From the NCBI GenBank assembly GCA_965228885.1, contig OZ245841.1, forward strand, positions 1,464,348 through 1,528,347: 64,000 bases of DNA. The letters run 5' to 3'. Shown one piece after another: positions 21,305 through 33,600 of the stretch (positions within the stretch are counted from its first letter, which is position 1; every line of letters begins with the position of its first letter). The DNA comes from Rickettsiales bacterium. Its GTDB lineage: Bacteria > Pseudomonadota > Alphaproteobacteria > Rickettsiales > CANDYO01. The translations under genes and the position numbers were made by a program. Under the pieces are notes generated by a model. It was not told the origin of the DNA. It was given only the letters and a program-made list of their open reading frames with translations, and ran no database searches.

Positions 21305-21652
21305 TCAGTTCCTCAACTTCCAAAGAATCCCTATAAATATACCCTTAGCTCTTGGAAGAATTATCATCGCTAAAACCACCACTAACACAGACCATATACT
21401 AATAGACAACCAATTAGGCCAGATAGTATTGAATGAAAATGCTATTATAAAGGGAGCCAATAAATGCCCCACGATCAATATAGTTAACCATGCTGGGCCG
21501 TCATCTGCACGAATAGCACCTAAGCGCTCATTACATATTTCACAATGCTCCACCTGTTTTAGATATCTATAGAACATCTTTCCCTCACCACATCTTGGGC
21601 AACGTTCTAACAATCCTTTTATAATAACTGGCCAGAATTCTTTTAAACTCAT
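21305..21652 (-). CDS. DUF983 family membrane protein
   Basis: RCPRCGEG..C..C..ADDGPAW plus two TM helices. Confidence 0.88.
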   Translation of the reverse strand: MSLKEFWPVIIKGLLERCPRCGEGKMFYRYLKQVEHCEICNERLGAIRADDGPAWLTILIVGHLLAPFIIAFSFNTIWPNWLSISIWSVLVVVLAMIILPRAKGIFIGILWKLRN

Positions 21653-21662
21653 TGAATATAAT

Positions 21663-22043
21663 CTAATCTTCTACAATATGAAATATTTCATCAATACAGT
21701 CTATTTTAACTCCATCAGAAGATTCCAAAATGGCAATAACATCAAAAACATTATCCTTGGTTTTAAGACTATAACTAATCACATAATCGTTATTATCAGC
21801 AGATTTAATAGTCCTTGTAGGCTCTATATTCCATCCTCCCACCATTTTCTTTATATCTTCAAGCTGAGTCTTTAATTCATCGCGCTTGCTAACTAATTGA
21901 GTACGATTTCCTGTTTTAGTAAATTCTGGGGAAAATAACTCCTCTATAATAGAATCATAATCTTGTACAACGCCAGATCCAAAATCATTCTGAAATTTGT
22001 TATATCTCTCCGCTATATTAGTTATATCACATTGTTCTGTCAT
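21663..22043 (-). CDS. hypothetical protein, possibly NTF2/SnoaL-like
   Basis: 126-aa ORF with GGGA RBS; alpha then beta pattern. Confidence 0.55.
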   Translation of the reverse strand: MTEQCDITNIAERYNKFQNDFGSGVVQDYDSIIEELFSPEFTKTGNRTQLVSKRDELKTQLEDIKKMVGGWNIEPTRTIKSADNNDYVISYSLKTKDNVFDVIAILESSDGVKIDCIDEIFHIVED

Positions 22044-22074
22044 TTTATTTCCCTTTTTATTTAAGTATAAAAAT

Positions 22075-22437
22075 TTATTCTATATTATCCGCAGATGGAT
22101 TATGATCTCCCCATAAATCCACCACTTTAAATAATCTAGCATCCTCAGCAATGTTTTCATCAAGTCTATACTTTAATTTTAATTCTAATGTTGTAGCTCT
22201 ACCTATCATTTCAAAAATATTATCTGCCACCTCTAGATGATCCTTCATATACATTTTTGCTTCTTCTGAATCGCTATCACATTCTATATCTAAAGCTATA
22301 CTCCTATCACTACTCTGTTGTAGTAATTCTGTGAGTTCTGCTTTATTATCTGGTTCATTTATAGCACGCTGCATTAGCTCAGCATGCTCTCTCATAACAT
22401 CTATAACTCGATCGATACATGACTCTAAATTTAACAT
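22075..22437 (-). CDS. hypothetical helical protein
   Basis: GGAGG RBS; 120-aa acidic ORF. Confidence 0.6.
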   Translation of the reverse strand: MLNLESCIDRVIDVMREHAELMQRAINEPDNKAELTELLQQSSDRSIALDIECDSDSEEAKMYMKDHLEVADNIFEMIGRATTLELKLKYRLDENIAEDARLFKVVDLWGDHNPSADNIE

Positions 22438-22455
22438 AACAACCTCCGTTCAAAA

Positions 22456-23310
22456 TTAACATTTATAGCTTGTATGAATGTAATATACATTACCATAATC
22501 TTTAGGCAGCTCATGTCCCTCTGGAAAATCATATCCAACCGCACCATATTCAATGGTAGGATTATAGAAAATACCCTTATCAATGAATTCTAATCTCTCC
22601 TCTTTAGGAATAAAAACATCATGATGATTTATAGGGAAAAAATAAAGCCCCTTATGAGATAAATCAGCAAGAAATTGTAATTTCAACCTGGCTTTTGCCC
22701 TACTCTCTTCATTTGAAAGAATCTCATTTCCATCCATTCCATAATTATAAAATGATACTTCTGGATTTTTAAGATGAACACTATCATATAAAAATTTAGT
22801 ATATTTTTCTAGGGTCTTACTAGGAATAATTTTAGTATAATCACCAGCAATAGATTCAATTATCACCTCATTATATCCTTTATCCCTAGCATATTCTTTT
22901 AATCTATCAGCTGCATAATCAGAATACTGAGAATATATATCATTAACATGAAATATCCCCTTATTTCCTTGTTTCTCTACTAATTGATCTAATGTTTTAA
23001 ATAAAACAGCATATTGATGTGAAGGATTACAATTAACTTCATTATTCTCAGCCAAAGTATCAACATAGTTTGGTTTATTTGAAACAAATTTAAGATCCAT
23101 TAAAACTGTCATTCTTTGAGAAGTTTTGGTATGCCCTTCTTCACCGTAATTCCCAGCACCTAATTCCATATGACTCCAGAAAGAACTATATTCACTCTCT
23201 GGTGGCTCTTGAATGCCACTAGCATAATAGTGACAATAATCTAGATTAGCCTGAAAATACTCATAAGAAGCTACCTCCCCAGTAATAATTAAATTATAAC
23301 TATGTGACAT
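22456..23310 (-). CDS. hypothetical protein, possible divergent class I SAM-methyltransferase fold
   Basis: MELGAGNYG, FHVND, IAGDY, YDSVHLKNP in MTase motif order. Confidence 0.55.
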   Translation of the reverse strand: MSHSYNLIITGEVASYEYFQANLDYCHYYASGIQEPPESEYSSFWSHMELGAGNYGEEGHTKTSQRMTVLMDLKFVSNKPNYVDTLAENNEVNCNPSHQYAVLFKTLDQLVEKQGNKGIFHVNDIYSQYSDYAADRLKEYARDKGYNEVIIESIAGDYTKIIPSKTLEKYTKFLYDSVHLKNPEVSFYNYGMDGNEILSNEESRAKARLKLQFLADLSHKGLYFFPINHHDVFIPKEERLEFIDKGIFYNPTIEYGAVGYDFPEGHELPKDYGNVYYIHTSYKC

Positions 23311-23597
23311 AGAGGATATCCTTTAAATTGTATTTTTTCTGAATAGTAAGATATTAGATTAAAAAATCTAGTCAATTATTTAAGTAAGCTATAAATATAC
23401 TTTCCTCGCTTTAGGACAAAACCTTATGCTTCCTCATTTAACCAATTATTACTTCAAAGATTATCAGAACTTAAAGCAAAATTTGCAACAATATACTCTA
23501 ATATTATCAATATTATACGAAGTTAAGGTTATTATAGAGAAGATTGGACAAACAGCCACACACAAGAAGCATTCAGATCTACAAACAAATTCAAGAC

Positions 23598-23625
23598 AAA
23601 AAAAAGGCCCCTTTAGAGGGAGCCT
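23598..23625 (-). terminator. second terminator-like hairpin downstream of 16S
   Basis: AGGCCCCT-TTAG-AGGGAGCCT with T8 on minus strand; flank shared with 24029-24052. Confidence 0.55.
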
Positions 23626-23658
23626 ATAGTCTATTGTTAGGGTAGCAAAGCAGATAAA

Positions 23659-24000
23659 TTATTCCATATCCAATTGATTCCATTGATTCCATTTATCCCA
23701 TATTGCCTTCCATTTATCTATTTCAAATCGCGGCCCTCTCATAGGTTCGGCATAATCTTCATGAGACAATATATCTTCTCTATTCGCAGAATAAGCATAA
23801 CTAGGTTCATCATAACGTGCAGGATAATGTGCAGGACAGGAATTTCCTTCCAAAGATAGAACGTCATAACAAGTTGTCCCTATAAGCAATTCAAAGGCTC
23901 TATCTTCTTCAAGCAATTCAAAGAGTCTATCTTCTTAAAAATCTATTTCTTCTTCAAAATCTATTTCTTCCGTAATTTATTCTCCATAATCCCATACCCC
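23659..24000 (-). pseudogene. decayed orphan gene with micro-duplications
   Basis: Frame extends upstream of the 85-aa ORF through two in-frame TAA (GVWDYGE*ITEEIDFEEEIDF*EDRLFELLEEDRAFELL). Confidence 0.45.
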
Positions 24001-24040
24001 TCTGCAGGTAGATTAACAAAATACAACTCAAATTCAAGAC

Positions 24041-24071
24041 AAAAAAAAAGGCTCACCCTTTGGTAAGCCTT
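24041..24071 (-). terminator. rho-independent terminator of the 16S transcript
   Basis: AAGGCTCACC-CTTT-GGTAAGCCTT stem-loop followed by a T-run on the minus strand. Confidence 0.75.
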
Positions 24072-24170
24072 TCTCGAATGTGTAATTTTGTAAAGAAGAA
24101 ATGTAGATGGTGGTGAGTCTTGTTCATTGACTATATCTAGTACCTAAGTACTGATATGTATATTGTCTTT

Positions 24171-25670
<1,500 letters not shown>

Positions 25671-25820
25671 AATCCATGTTCAATATTAAATCGACAGGCT
25701 TTTGTTCGCATCACTTTACTATGGTATATTTTACCGTAAGTGATGGATAAGTTTATTAAAAACTACACCACCACCTACATTTCTTCTCTAAACAATTTCA
25801 TACAACATTTGGTAGAAGGA

Positions 25821-25849
25821 GTTATATATCGATTCCTTTTGCATGTCAA
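25821..25849 (-). promoter_or_regulatory. sigma70 promoter of 16S
   Basis: TTGACA-17-TATAAC on minus strand. Confidence 0.7.
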
Positions 25850-26274
25850 TAACCAATTTCAACTTTTTTTGATTATTTTTCATTTTTTTTCAAATGAGGC
25901 AAATATCCCCATAAACCTTATAATATTAACTACATCACAATGTTTAAAACATCATATATTCAGAATGATCCACCTAGTGTTATTTCTCTTATATTAATAT
26001 GATTGTTTTTAATGGGAATATATTATAGATCCTAAAATCATTTAAGGGGCCGTTGTGAGATAAGGTTTTAGAGATTTTGGTAGTTAAAATTTTTTCTTGA
26101 GAGTTTTTACAAGAATTTTTCTATCAGAAATTAGAGATTAGTCTCAATAAAATTATAACATAATTTCATTTTTAACTGTTCTAGCTTTATTCTATCATCT
26201 CAAATCACTTTTCCTACGACCTATTTGTGACCTAGTACTTATTTTCAAACTTTTGTGATTTATTAAAACTAGCG

Positions 26275-26329
26275 GATTTGTTGGTGTGCCCAGTAGGATT
26301 CGAACCTACGACCCTTTGATTAAAAGTCA
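26275..26329 (-). repeat. att direct repeat (3' part of tRNA-Lys)
   Basis: GATTTGTTGGTGTGCCC...TTAAAAGTCA identical to 48965-49019. Confidence 0.95.
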
Positions 26330-26445
26330 GTTATCCCTATTATCACGCAAAGTCACTACATGTCTATATAGCGCATTTTTCCTAAGATTTGTGCAATTTG
26401 TGCCATCTTCATTTATCACTAAATATCACCTAAAAACACCCCTTC

Positions 26446-26523
26446 TGGTCACTTATTGGTCACTTTTTATACTTGCTTTAGCCCAGCATTCCTGCTAATA
26501 TAAAAATCAATTGGTCACTTATT
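26446..26523 (+). promoter_or_regulatory. putative integrase arm-binding repeats
   Basis: TGGTCACTTATTGGTCACTTTT at 26446 and 48905; single unit at 26512. Confidence 0.7.
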
Positions 26524-26535
26524 TTGGTATTTATT

Positions 26536-27690
26536 ATGAGTAAAGCGATAAAACTTACAAAAAGAATTATAGATAATATGGTCGCAGAAAAAGATTGGGA
26601 TGTTAGATGGGATGCTGAATTGCCAGGATTTGGAATAAGACTATATGCAGGTGGCAAGAAATCCTTTGTACTTTCCTATCGTGCTAGTGGACAGAAAAAA
26701 CTAATGGTAATTGGAAATTATGGAGCGCTCACATTAGATGAAGCTAGAAATATTGCAAAAACTAAGCTTGCTGAAATAATTCAAGGAAAAGATCCTGCTA
26801 TAGAAAAGCTAAGACTGAGCAAAAATTTTAAATTTTCAGATTTTGCTAATAAATATATCGAGAATTATGCTATAAAACACAAAAAGACTTGGGAAGAAGA
26901 TAAAAGAAAAATTGAAAAACATCTTTTACCTATTTGGGCTAATAAATCAATAAAATCAATCACAAGAAATGATATACTTGCTTTACATAATCAAATTGGT
27001 GAGAAAACACCTTATGAAGCTAATAGACTTCTTAGACAATTATCTAAAATGTTCGAACTTGCTAAAGATTGGAATTATTTAGATCATTCTGATAGCAATC
27101 CTGCAAAAGGAATTAAACTGTTTAAAGAAATTAAGCGTGACAGATGGCTCAGCCACAATGAATTGCCAAAATTAATTGAAGCAGTCGATAAAGAGCAAAA
27201 TCTTTATGCTAGAATTGCCATTTGGTTATACCTACTCACTGGTATGCGTAAAACTGAATTACTAACAGCCAAATGGTCTGATATTGATTTTGACCGTAAA
27301 GAAATTCGCTTAAATGATACTAAAGCTGGTAGAGTTCATTATGTGCCATTAAGTGAAGCAGCAATAGATTTATTAAGCCGAGTACCAAAACTTAAAGGAA
27401 ATCCATATATAATACCTGGCAATATTTCAGGAAAGCATTTGATAAATATTGCTAAGCCTTGGAATAGAATAAAAAAAGCAGCTAATCTTGAAGACGTTAG
27501 ATTGCATGATTTACGCAGAACTGTTGGCTCCTGGCTTGCTCAGTCTGGGAATAGCCTGCACCTAATAGGCAAGGTCTTAAACCATTCCAATCAAAGTACA
27601 ACAGCGGTTTATGCTAGATTTGCTCAAGATGATGTGAGAAATGCATTAGAGAATCATGGTAAATTAATCATCTCAAAAGCAAGAAAGTGA
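26536..27690 (+). CDS. tyrosine integrase with N-terminal arm-binding domain
   Basis: WDAELPGFGIR arm domain; catalytic R (TGMRK), K, HDLRR, H, Y intact. Confidence 0.95.
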   Translation: MSKAIKLTKRIIDNMVAEKDWDVRWDAELPGFGIRLYAGGKKSFVLSYRASGQKKLMVIGNYGALTLDEARNIAKTKLAEIIQGKDPAIEKLRLSKNFKFSDFANKYIENYAIKHKKTWEEDKRKIEKHLLPIWANKSIKSITRNDILALHNQIGEKTPYEANRLLRQLSKMFELAKDWNYLDHSDSNPAKGIKLFKEIKRDRWLSHNELPKLIEAVDKEQNLYARIAIWLYLLTGMRKTELLTAKWSDIDFDRKEIRLNDTKAGRVHYVPLSEAAIDLLSRVPKLKGNPYIIPGNISGKHLINIAKPWNRIKKAANLEDVRLHDLRRTVGSWLAQSGNSLHLIGKVLNHSNQSTTAVYARFAQDDVRNALENHGKLIISKARK

Positions 27691-27811
27691 ATTATGTGTG
27701 TGAGTCTAAACTCTTGCATTTTTTGCAACAGTTTGATCAGATATTAAGAAATTTATAAATTGGATTGACAAATAATCGCATTTATGCGACTATAAGACAC
27801 TAGGAGAATTT

Positions 27812-28143
27812 GTGGTAGAAGTAATAAATAAAGAAGTTAAATTATTTTATGATTCAAATAGCAAAGCACCTTTTGTTAGTTGGCTTGAAAAACTTGACAA
27901 TATTACAAGAAGAATAATTGAGAATAGAATGGTAAGATTGTCATTTGGCAACTATATGGAGACTATAAAAGAATAGACAAAGACATCTTTGAATTAAGGT
28001 TCCATATAGGCCCTGGATATAGAGCTTATTTTGCAGAAGATGGAGATACTATAGTAATTTTACTTCTAGGTGGAGATAAGAAAACTCAAAAAAGAGATAT
28101 TGAAAAATCAAAAGAATATTATTATAAGTATAAGAGGCAATAA
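27812..28143 (+). pseudogene. RelE-like addiction module killer protein (HI1419-type), frameshifted
   Basis: PFVSWLEKL..RLSFGNY then shifted frame GDYK..FELRFHIGPGYRAYF..LLLGGDKKTQKRDI; extra 2 bp in TATAT at 27953-27957. Confidence 0.85.
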
Positions 28144-28144
28144 A

Positions 28145-28462
28145 ATGACACGCACATTTATTAGATTTAATGATTATTTAGTTGATAGATTAAAAGATCC
28201 AATTGAAGCCAAGGCGCATTTAGAACTTGCAATAAGTGAATATGAGAAAGATGGAGATACAGAAGCTTTTATGCTATTGTTAAGACTTATTGTTGAAGCT
28301 CAAGGCGGTGTTCCTCAACTATCTGAACGTGCTCATTTAAACAGACAAAATCTTTATAAAGTCCTGACTGGAAAAACTACTCCTAGGTTTGATACCATGA
28401 TTTCTATTATTAAAGGACTTGGTTACCATTTAGTACCTCAGAACATTGATACAGTTGCTTGA
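28145..28462 (+). CDS. addiction module antidote HTH protein (HI1420-type)
   Basis: EAQGGVPQLSERAHLNRQNLYKVL.G..PRFDT..IIKGLG; ATG directly after toxin stop. Confidence 0.88.
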   Translation: MTRTFIRFNDYLVDRLKDPIEAKAHLELAISEYEKDGDTEAFMLLLRLIVEAQGGVPQLSERAHLNRQNLYKVLTGKTTPRFDTMISIIKGLGYHLVPQNIDTVA

Positions 28463-28530
28463 AGAAAAAAGAATTTTTCTTTTATATTTCTGAAAAATAC
28501 ACAATTTGCCTAAGATGATATGAAGGTATT

Positions 28531-28680
28531 TGTCCCTCACTTAATCAAGTGACAGATCTATTTAGCAGAGATAAATCGTTGTTAACAAAACATTTAAAAA
28601 AGATTTTAAAGCAAAAGAATTCGATAGAAATTCAGTTGTGGCATTTTTTGCAACAACTGCTTCGGATGTGAAAACTGGGT
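28531..28680 (+). pseudogene. RhuM-family N-terminal fragment
   Basis: SLNQVTDLFSRDKSLLTKHLKKI / KEFDRNSVVAFFATTASD across a frameshift. Confidence 0.65.
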
Positions 28681-28843
28681 TGAGCGCTTTAATTTAAGTG
28701 CAATTATTTAGCTTGAACATTGGGTTAATTCAAGTTGATAATAAGATTGGTTATTTAAGTGGATTTTTTATTGTAAATATGAAGATTGACAATTAGTATG
28801 TTAGTTTATATAATTATAAACAAACATACTTTAAGGGTGAATA

Positions 28844-29611
28844 ATGAATAAGTTAGATACTTTACTTAACGATGCTCCTAAAAATACTGTAATACTAGAT
28901 AGTTGGTTAAAAAAACATTTAATATCCAATAGCTTAAAACAAAAATATTTGCAATATGGTTGGTTAAGATCAATAGGACGTGGAGCGAGTTATTTAAAAG
29001 ATAATCCACCTGATTGGCAAGGAGCAATAAGTGCAATGCAAGAAGCTGGAATAAATCTTCATGTAGGGGGGAAAACAGCATTACAACTTCAAGGTACAGG
29101 GCATTTCATAGCACCTAAACTTTCTAACCTTTATCTTTATGAGCATTCTAATCAAAGATTACCTTCTTGGTTTTTGCAGTATGATTGGCAAATACAAATA
29201 CATTATTGCAATACAGCTTTTATACCAGTGAACTTAGGAATACAAAACTTTAAAACAGATAATGGCACAATATTAAGAATATCTACAACAGAAAGAGCTA
29301 TATTAGAGTTACTTTATCTTGTTCCAAAAGCACAAGGAATAGAGGAAGCTTATTATATAATAGAAAATCTAAATTCTCTTCAGGCTGAATTATTACAAGA
29401 ATTGCTAGAATCTTGTCATTCGATAAAAGTTAGGCGATTATTTTTCTGCCTAAGTGAAAGAGCTGGTCATAGTTGGGTGAAATTACTCAATAAAGAGAAA
29501 ATAGATTTTGGCTCAGGAAAAAGACATATAGTAACTGGTGGATATCTTGATCCTGCTTATAATATAACATTACCAAAAAGTTGGAGAGAAAATGAAGAAC
29601 CAGTATTTTGA
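28844..29611 (+). CDS. type IV TA antitoxin, AbiEi family
   Basis: GWLRSIGRG, HVGGKTALQLQG, ERAILELL, KVRRLF, GSGKR. Confidence 0.88.
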   Translation: MNKLDTLLNDAPKNTVILDSWLKKHLISNSLKQKYLQYGWLRSIGRGASYLKDNPPDWQGAISAMQEAGINLHVGGKTALQLQGTGHFIAPKLSNLYLYEHSNQRLPSWFLQYDWQIQIHYCNTAFIPVNLGIQNFKTDNGTILRISTTERAILELLYLVPKAQGIEEAYYIIENLNSLQAELLQELLESCHSIKVRRLFFCLSERAGHSWVKLLNKEKIDFGSGKRHIVTGGYLDPAYNITLPKSWRENEEPVF

Positions 29612-30503
29612 TCAAGTAAAATTACTACTAAAAATATTACCATTTGCTCTGAAGAATCCTAATTTTGCCTTAAAAGGCGGGACGGCGATTAATTTATTTT
29701 TCCGTGATATGACAAGACTGTCAGTTGATATTGATCTCTGCTATTTAAAATTAGCTCCAAGAGAGGAAGCTTTAAAAGAAATAGAGTCAGGACTTGAAGC
29801 TATTGCTTCCAATATCATAAACCATTTTCCTGATATGTACGCAGAAACAAAATATACTAAAGATAATCAAGCTAAGAATATAGTAGTATCAGAAAATGAA
29901 GTTACGGTAAAAATAGAGATAAACTTAATTGTGAGAAGTGCTCTTTATCCTTGTGTTACTATAGACCTTTGTCCTGCAGCAAGCAAAAGTTTTAATAGCA
30001 AAATCTCAGCGCGCTGCCTTGATTTTGCAGATATTTATGGAGGCAAAATATGTGCAGCTTTGGATAGGCAGCATCCAAGAGATTGGTATGATTGTTGGAT
30101 TTTATTGGAGAATGAAGGGATAACAGAGAGAATTCGTAAAGCTTTCTTATTGTACCTACTCAGTGGAAAAAGGCCAATTTATGAAATGTTGGATCCATTG
30201 TCAGTAGATCAGAGATTGCTTTTTACCAACGAACTAGAAGGCATGAATGAATTTATACCTGATTATAAAACATTATCAGAAGTAAGAATAAGATTAGTTA
30301 AAGAATTGCAAAACACCATCACAGAAGATGAACGCTTATTTTTACTTTCTTTCAAAAAAGGCGCTCCTGAATGGAAAAGAAGTGGAATTGCTGGTTTAGA
30401 AAATTTTCCTGCAGTAAAATGGAAGTTGCTGAATGTACAAAAGATGAGCGCTGAAAAACAACGTGGCGCACTCAGTAAGCTAAAGCAGGTATTATTATTG
30501 TAA
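29592..30503 (+). CDS. type IV TA nucleotidyltransferase toxin, AbiEii family
   Basis: FALKGGTAINLF..RLSVDIDL, GKICAALDRQHPRD. Confidence 0.92.
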   Translation: MKNQYFDQVKLLLKILPFALKNPNFALKGGTAINLFFRDMTRLSVDIDLCYLKLAPREEALKEIESGLEAIASNIINHFPDMYAETKYTKDNQAKNIVVSENEVTVKIEINLIVRSALYPCVTIDLCPAASKSFNSKISARCLDFADIYGGKICAALDRQHPRDWYDCWILLENEGITERIRKAFLLYLLSGKRPIYEMLDPLSVDQRLLFTNELEGMNEFIPDYKTLSEVRIRLVKELQNTITEDERLFLLSFKKGAPEWKRSGIAGLENFPAVKWKLLNVQKMSAEKQRGALSKLKQVLLL

Positions 30504-30696
30504 TTTTAACTATAATTCAGGATCTATATCTCTTATTAAGAGCGAGATTAATGATAGCATTCTTTTACTATAACGGGAGAAATTCCAGAACTAAAAATTT
30601 TAATAATAACTTGATTCAAAAAATTTAATTAACCAGAGGTTAATAAGAATTAATTGACATAATGTTAAAACAATAAATACTGTATTTTATTATAAA

Positions 30697-33600
30697 GTGA
30701 ATCAAAAAATTTTTATGTTTAACGATTATCAATATAATATTGAGGATGTTAAGAATCATGTTTCTTATACTGATTTTGCTAGAGGTGTAGCATATCATAG
30801 TCAAAATAGAGTAAGCAATCTAAAAGCAGAAAAAAACAAATTAGCTGCTAATGTACAAGGAACTAGATTTAGGCCTTATGATGTTGAAGCACAAATTATT
30901 AATGAACAAGGAAAAAAATCTTTTATTGCCACTTGTTCATGTCCTGTGGCTTTTGGATGTAAGCATATTGTGGCCACTTTACTCTCAGGGATTGATCATT
31001 TCTCTAATGTAACTTCTATACAAAATATTTCTCAACCTCAGCCAATAAAATTAAATTATCATCTATCTAATTGGATTGAAAGCTTAAGTCCTAAAGCAAA
31101 AGATAATGATTCTGGTAAATTATTGATCTATATAATTGAAGGTTCAACTAAAGCTAATGTAGCATTCAAAGTTTCTTCACTAACCATTAGTGTACTTAAG
31201 AAGGGAATGTTTGGCGTATCTAAGCCTTATAGATTGGATCAGATTCACAATCCTGCTAAGTATGTACAAGAAGATGATTTAATGATCCTGCGGTTCATTT
31301 CATCCCTTATGCCATATTATTACGGAGGTTATAATACTCATGATATTCCAGTCACTCTAGATGCGAACATATTATTGCAATTACTTATAAAAACTGGCAG
31401 ATGTTACTTGCCGAATCCATATTTCCCAGAAAAGAACTTGTCTATTGGTGAATCACGTAAAGCTTTTATAAGCTGGAAAGCTGAATCTGATGGCTCTCAG
31501 AGCATAAAGATAGATGTAGATGGGGTGTCCTTTCCTATTATTATGCCAATGTATCCCCCGTACTATATTTGCCCTAACACAAGAACTATAGGAATGCTAC
31601 AAACAGATATGCCTGATAAGCAAGCCGTTGCCTTACTTAGAGCCCCTACTATTTCCCCTGAACAAGTGGCTCTTGTTAGTGAAAAACTATCATCAATATT
31701 AACAAATCCTGAGTTAATGCCCAAAGCTTTACCTATACGTAAACTTGAAATAAAACCTATCCCTCATCTGAAATTAACCAGTATTAAAATACAACCTAAG
31801 AAAAAAGGTTGGGGCTATAGTAATCAAGATCATGTGGAAATTGCGGCAGCAAATCTATATTTTGATTATCAAGGTAAAAAATTAAACCATAATGATAGCA
31901 CGCAAGAAATTACTAGTTATAAAAATGGTGAAGTTTTGAGCATACAAAGAGATAAGATTTTTGAACAAGGCTGCACAGAACTTCTAAAACATATGGGAAT
32001 GACCCTTAGGTTAGGAGATGTAGACGATTATTACAATACAAAACAAGAACATAAAAACATTATAACTATTGGAAATATCCAAGAAGAATTCCATAAAGAG
32101 GCAAATTTAAGTACATCTTGGACAAAATTCACTAAGGAAAGCATACCAAAACTTAAAGAAATGGAATGGCAAATTAAAATGGATAAAGTTTTTCCATATA
32201 ATATTGTTGAGGTTGATGATGAATGGTACGCTAACATTGATGAGGGCAGTGAAATCGACTGGTTCAGTGTAGAGCTCGGGGTTACTGTGGAAGGGCAGCA
32301 CTTTAACTTGGTGCCTATTTTACTAGATTTACTTAAAAATAATAAAGATTTTTCTGCTAAAGAATCTTTGTTTATTCCTATGAAAGATGGACGTAAATTG
32401 TCTATCCCATCAGATCGAGCCCAAATATTACTAAATACCTTAGAACATATATTTAGTTTCCAGAATCTTAGCAATAAAAATAATAAACTGAACTTACAAA
32501 AATTAGATGCCGCTTTGATAGCTGAGATAGAGACTGCTGCAGAATCTTTAAACATGCGTTGGTTCGGTGGAGATAAAATACGCAGCTTAGGAAAACGTTT
32601 AAAAGAATTTACTGAAATTTCTTCTTCAAATATCACAAAAAATTTTAAAGGTGAGTTACGACATTATCAACAAGATGGATTAAATTGGTTACAATTCCTG
32701 CGTGAATTTGAACTAGCTGGTATTTTGGCTGATGATATGGGACTTGGAAAAACAGTGCAAGTTCTTGCGCATATTGCAAAAGAAAAAGAAGAAGGTAGGT
32801 TAGAGAGTCCTATTTTAGTTGTTGCTCCGACTAGTCTAATGGTGAATTGGAGAATGGAAGCAGAACGATTTGTTCCAGATTTAAAGGTTATAACTTTGCA
32901 TGGTGCAAATAGAAAAAAGCATTTTAATGAAATAAAGCAATATGATTTAGTCCTTACTACATATCCTCTTTTAGCTCGTGATAAAGATAACTTACTGAAT
33001 TATAAATACCATACAGTTATTCTTGATGAAGCTCAGATTATTAAGAATACTCGCGCCAAAGTAACTCAGATAGCCAACCAGCTGAAATCACAGCATCGTT
33101 TATGCTTAACAGGAACACCGCTAGAAAATCATTTGGGAGAATTATGGTCGTTATTTAATTTTCTTCTTCCTGGTTATTTAGGTACTCAACAACAATTTGG
33201 TACTTTATTTCGCAATCCCATTGAAAAGAATGGAGATGCAACCAAGGGGCAAATTTTATTAAAAAGAATAAAACCTTTTATTCTTAGACGCACTAAACAA
33301 CAAGTGGTTACTGAGCTTCCTCCAAAAACTGAAATGATTCGAAAGATTGAATTAGAGGGTGTACAGCGTGATTTATATGAAACAATCCGAGTAAGCATGC
33401 ATAAAAAGATTCTAAAAGAAATAAAGGCTCGTGGAATGGATAAGAGTCATATAATTATATTAGACGCATTGTTGAAGTTGCGTCAGGTTTGCTGTGATCC
33501 AGCACTACTTAAGATGAATATAGCTAAGAATATTACCGAATCAGCAAAATGTAATGAATTAATGAACATGATTCCTGCAATGATCGAAGAAGGACGTAAA

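Noticed and set aside
26286-26498. ORF MPSRIRTYDPLIKSQ and its twin at 48889-49086
   Set aside because: Antisense translation of tRNA-Lys/att and arm repeats
28070-28144. N-terminal extension of the antitoxin ORF
   Set aside because: Overlaps the toxin 3' end; ATG 28145 fits the family
30629-30643. TTAA-N7-TTAA CtrA-like box upstream of SNF2
   Set aside because: Expected often by chance at this AT content; no supporting context
32031-32636. 201-aa antisense ORF and other short antisense ORFs in ligA, map, rlmN, serS and tnpA
   Set aside because: Shadows of well-supported genes; no motifs
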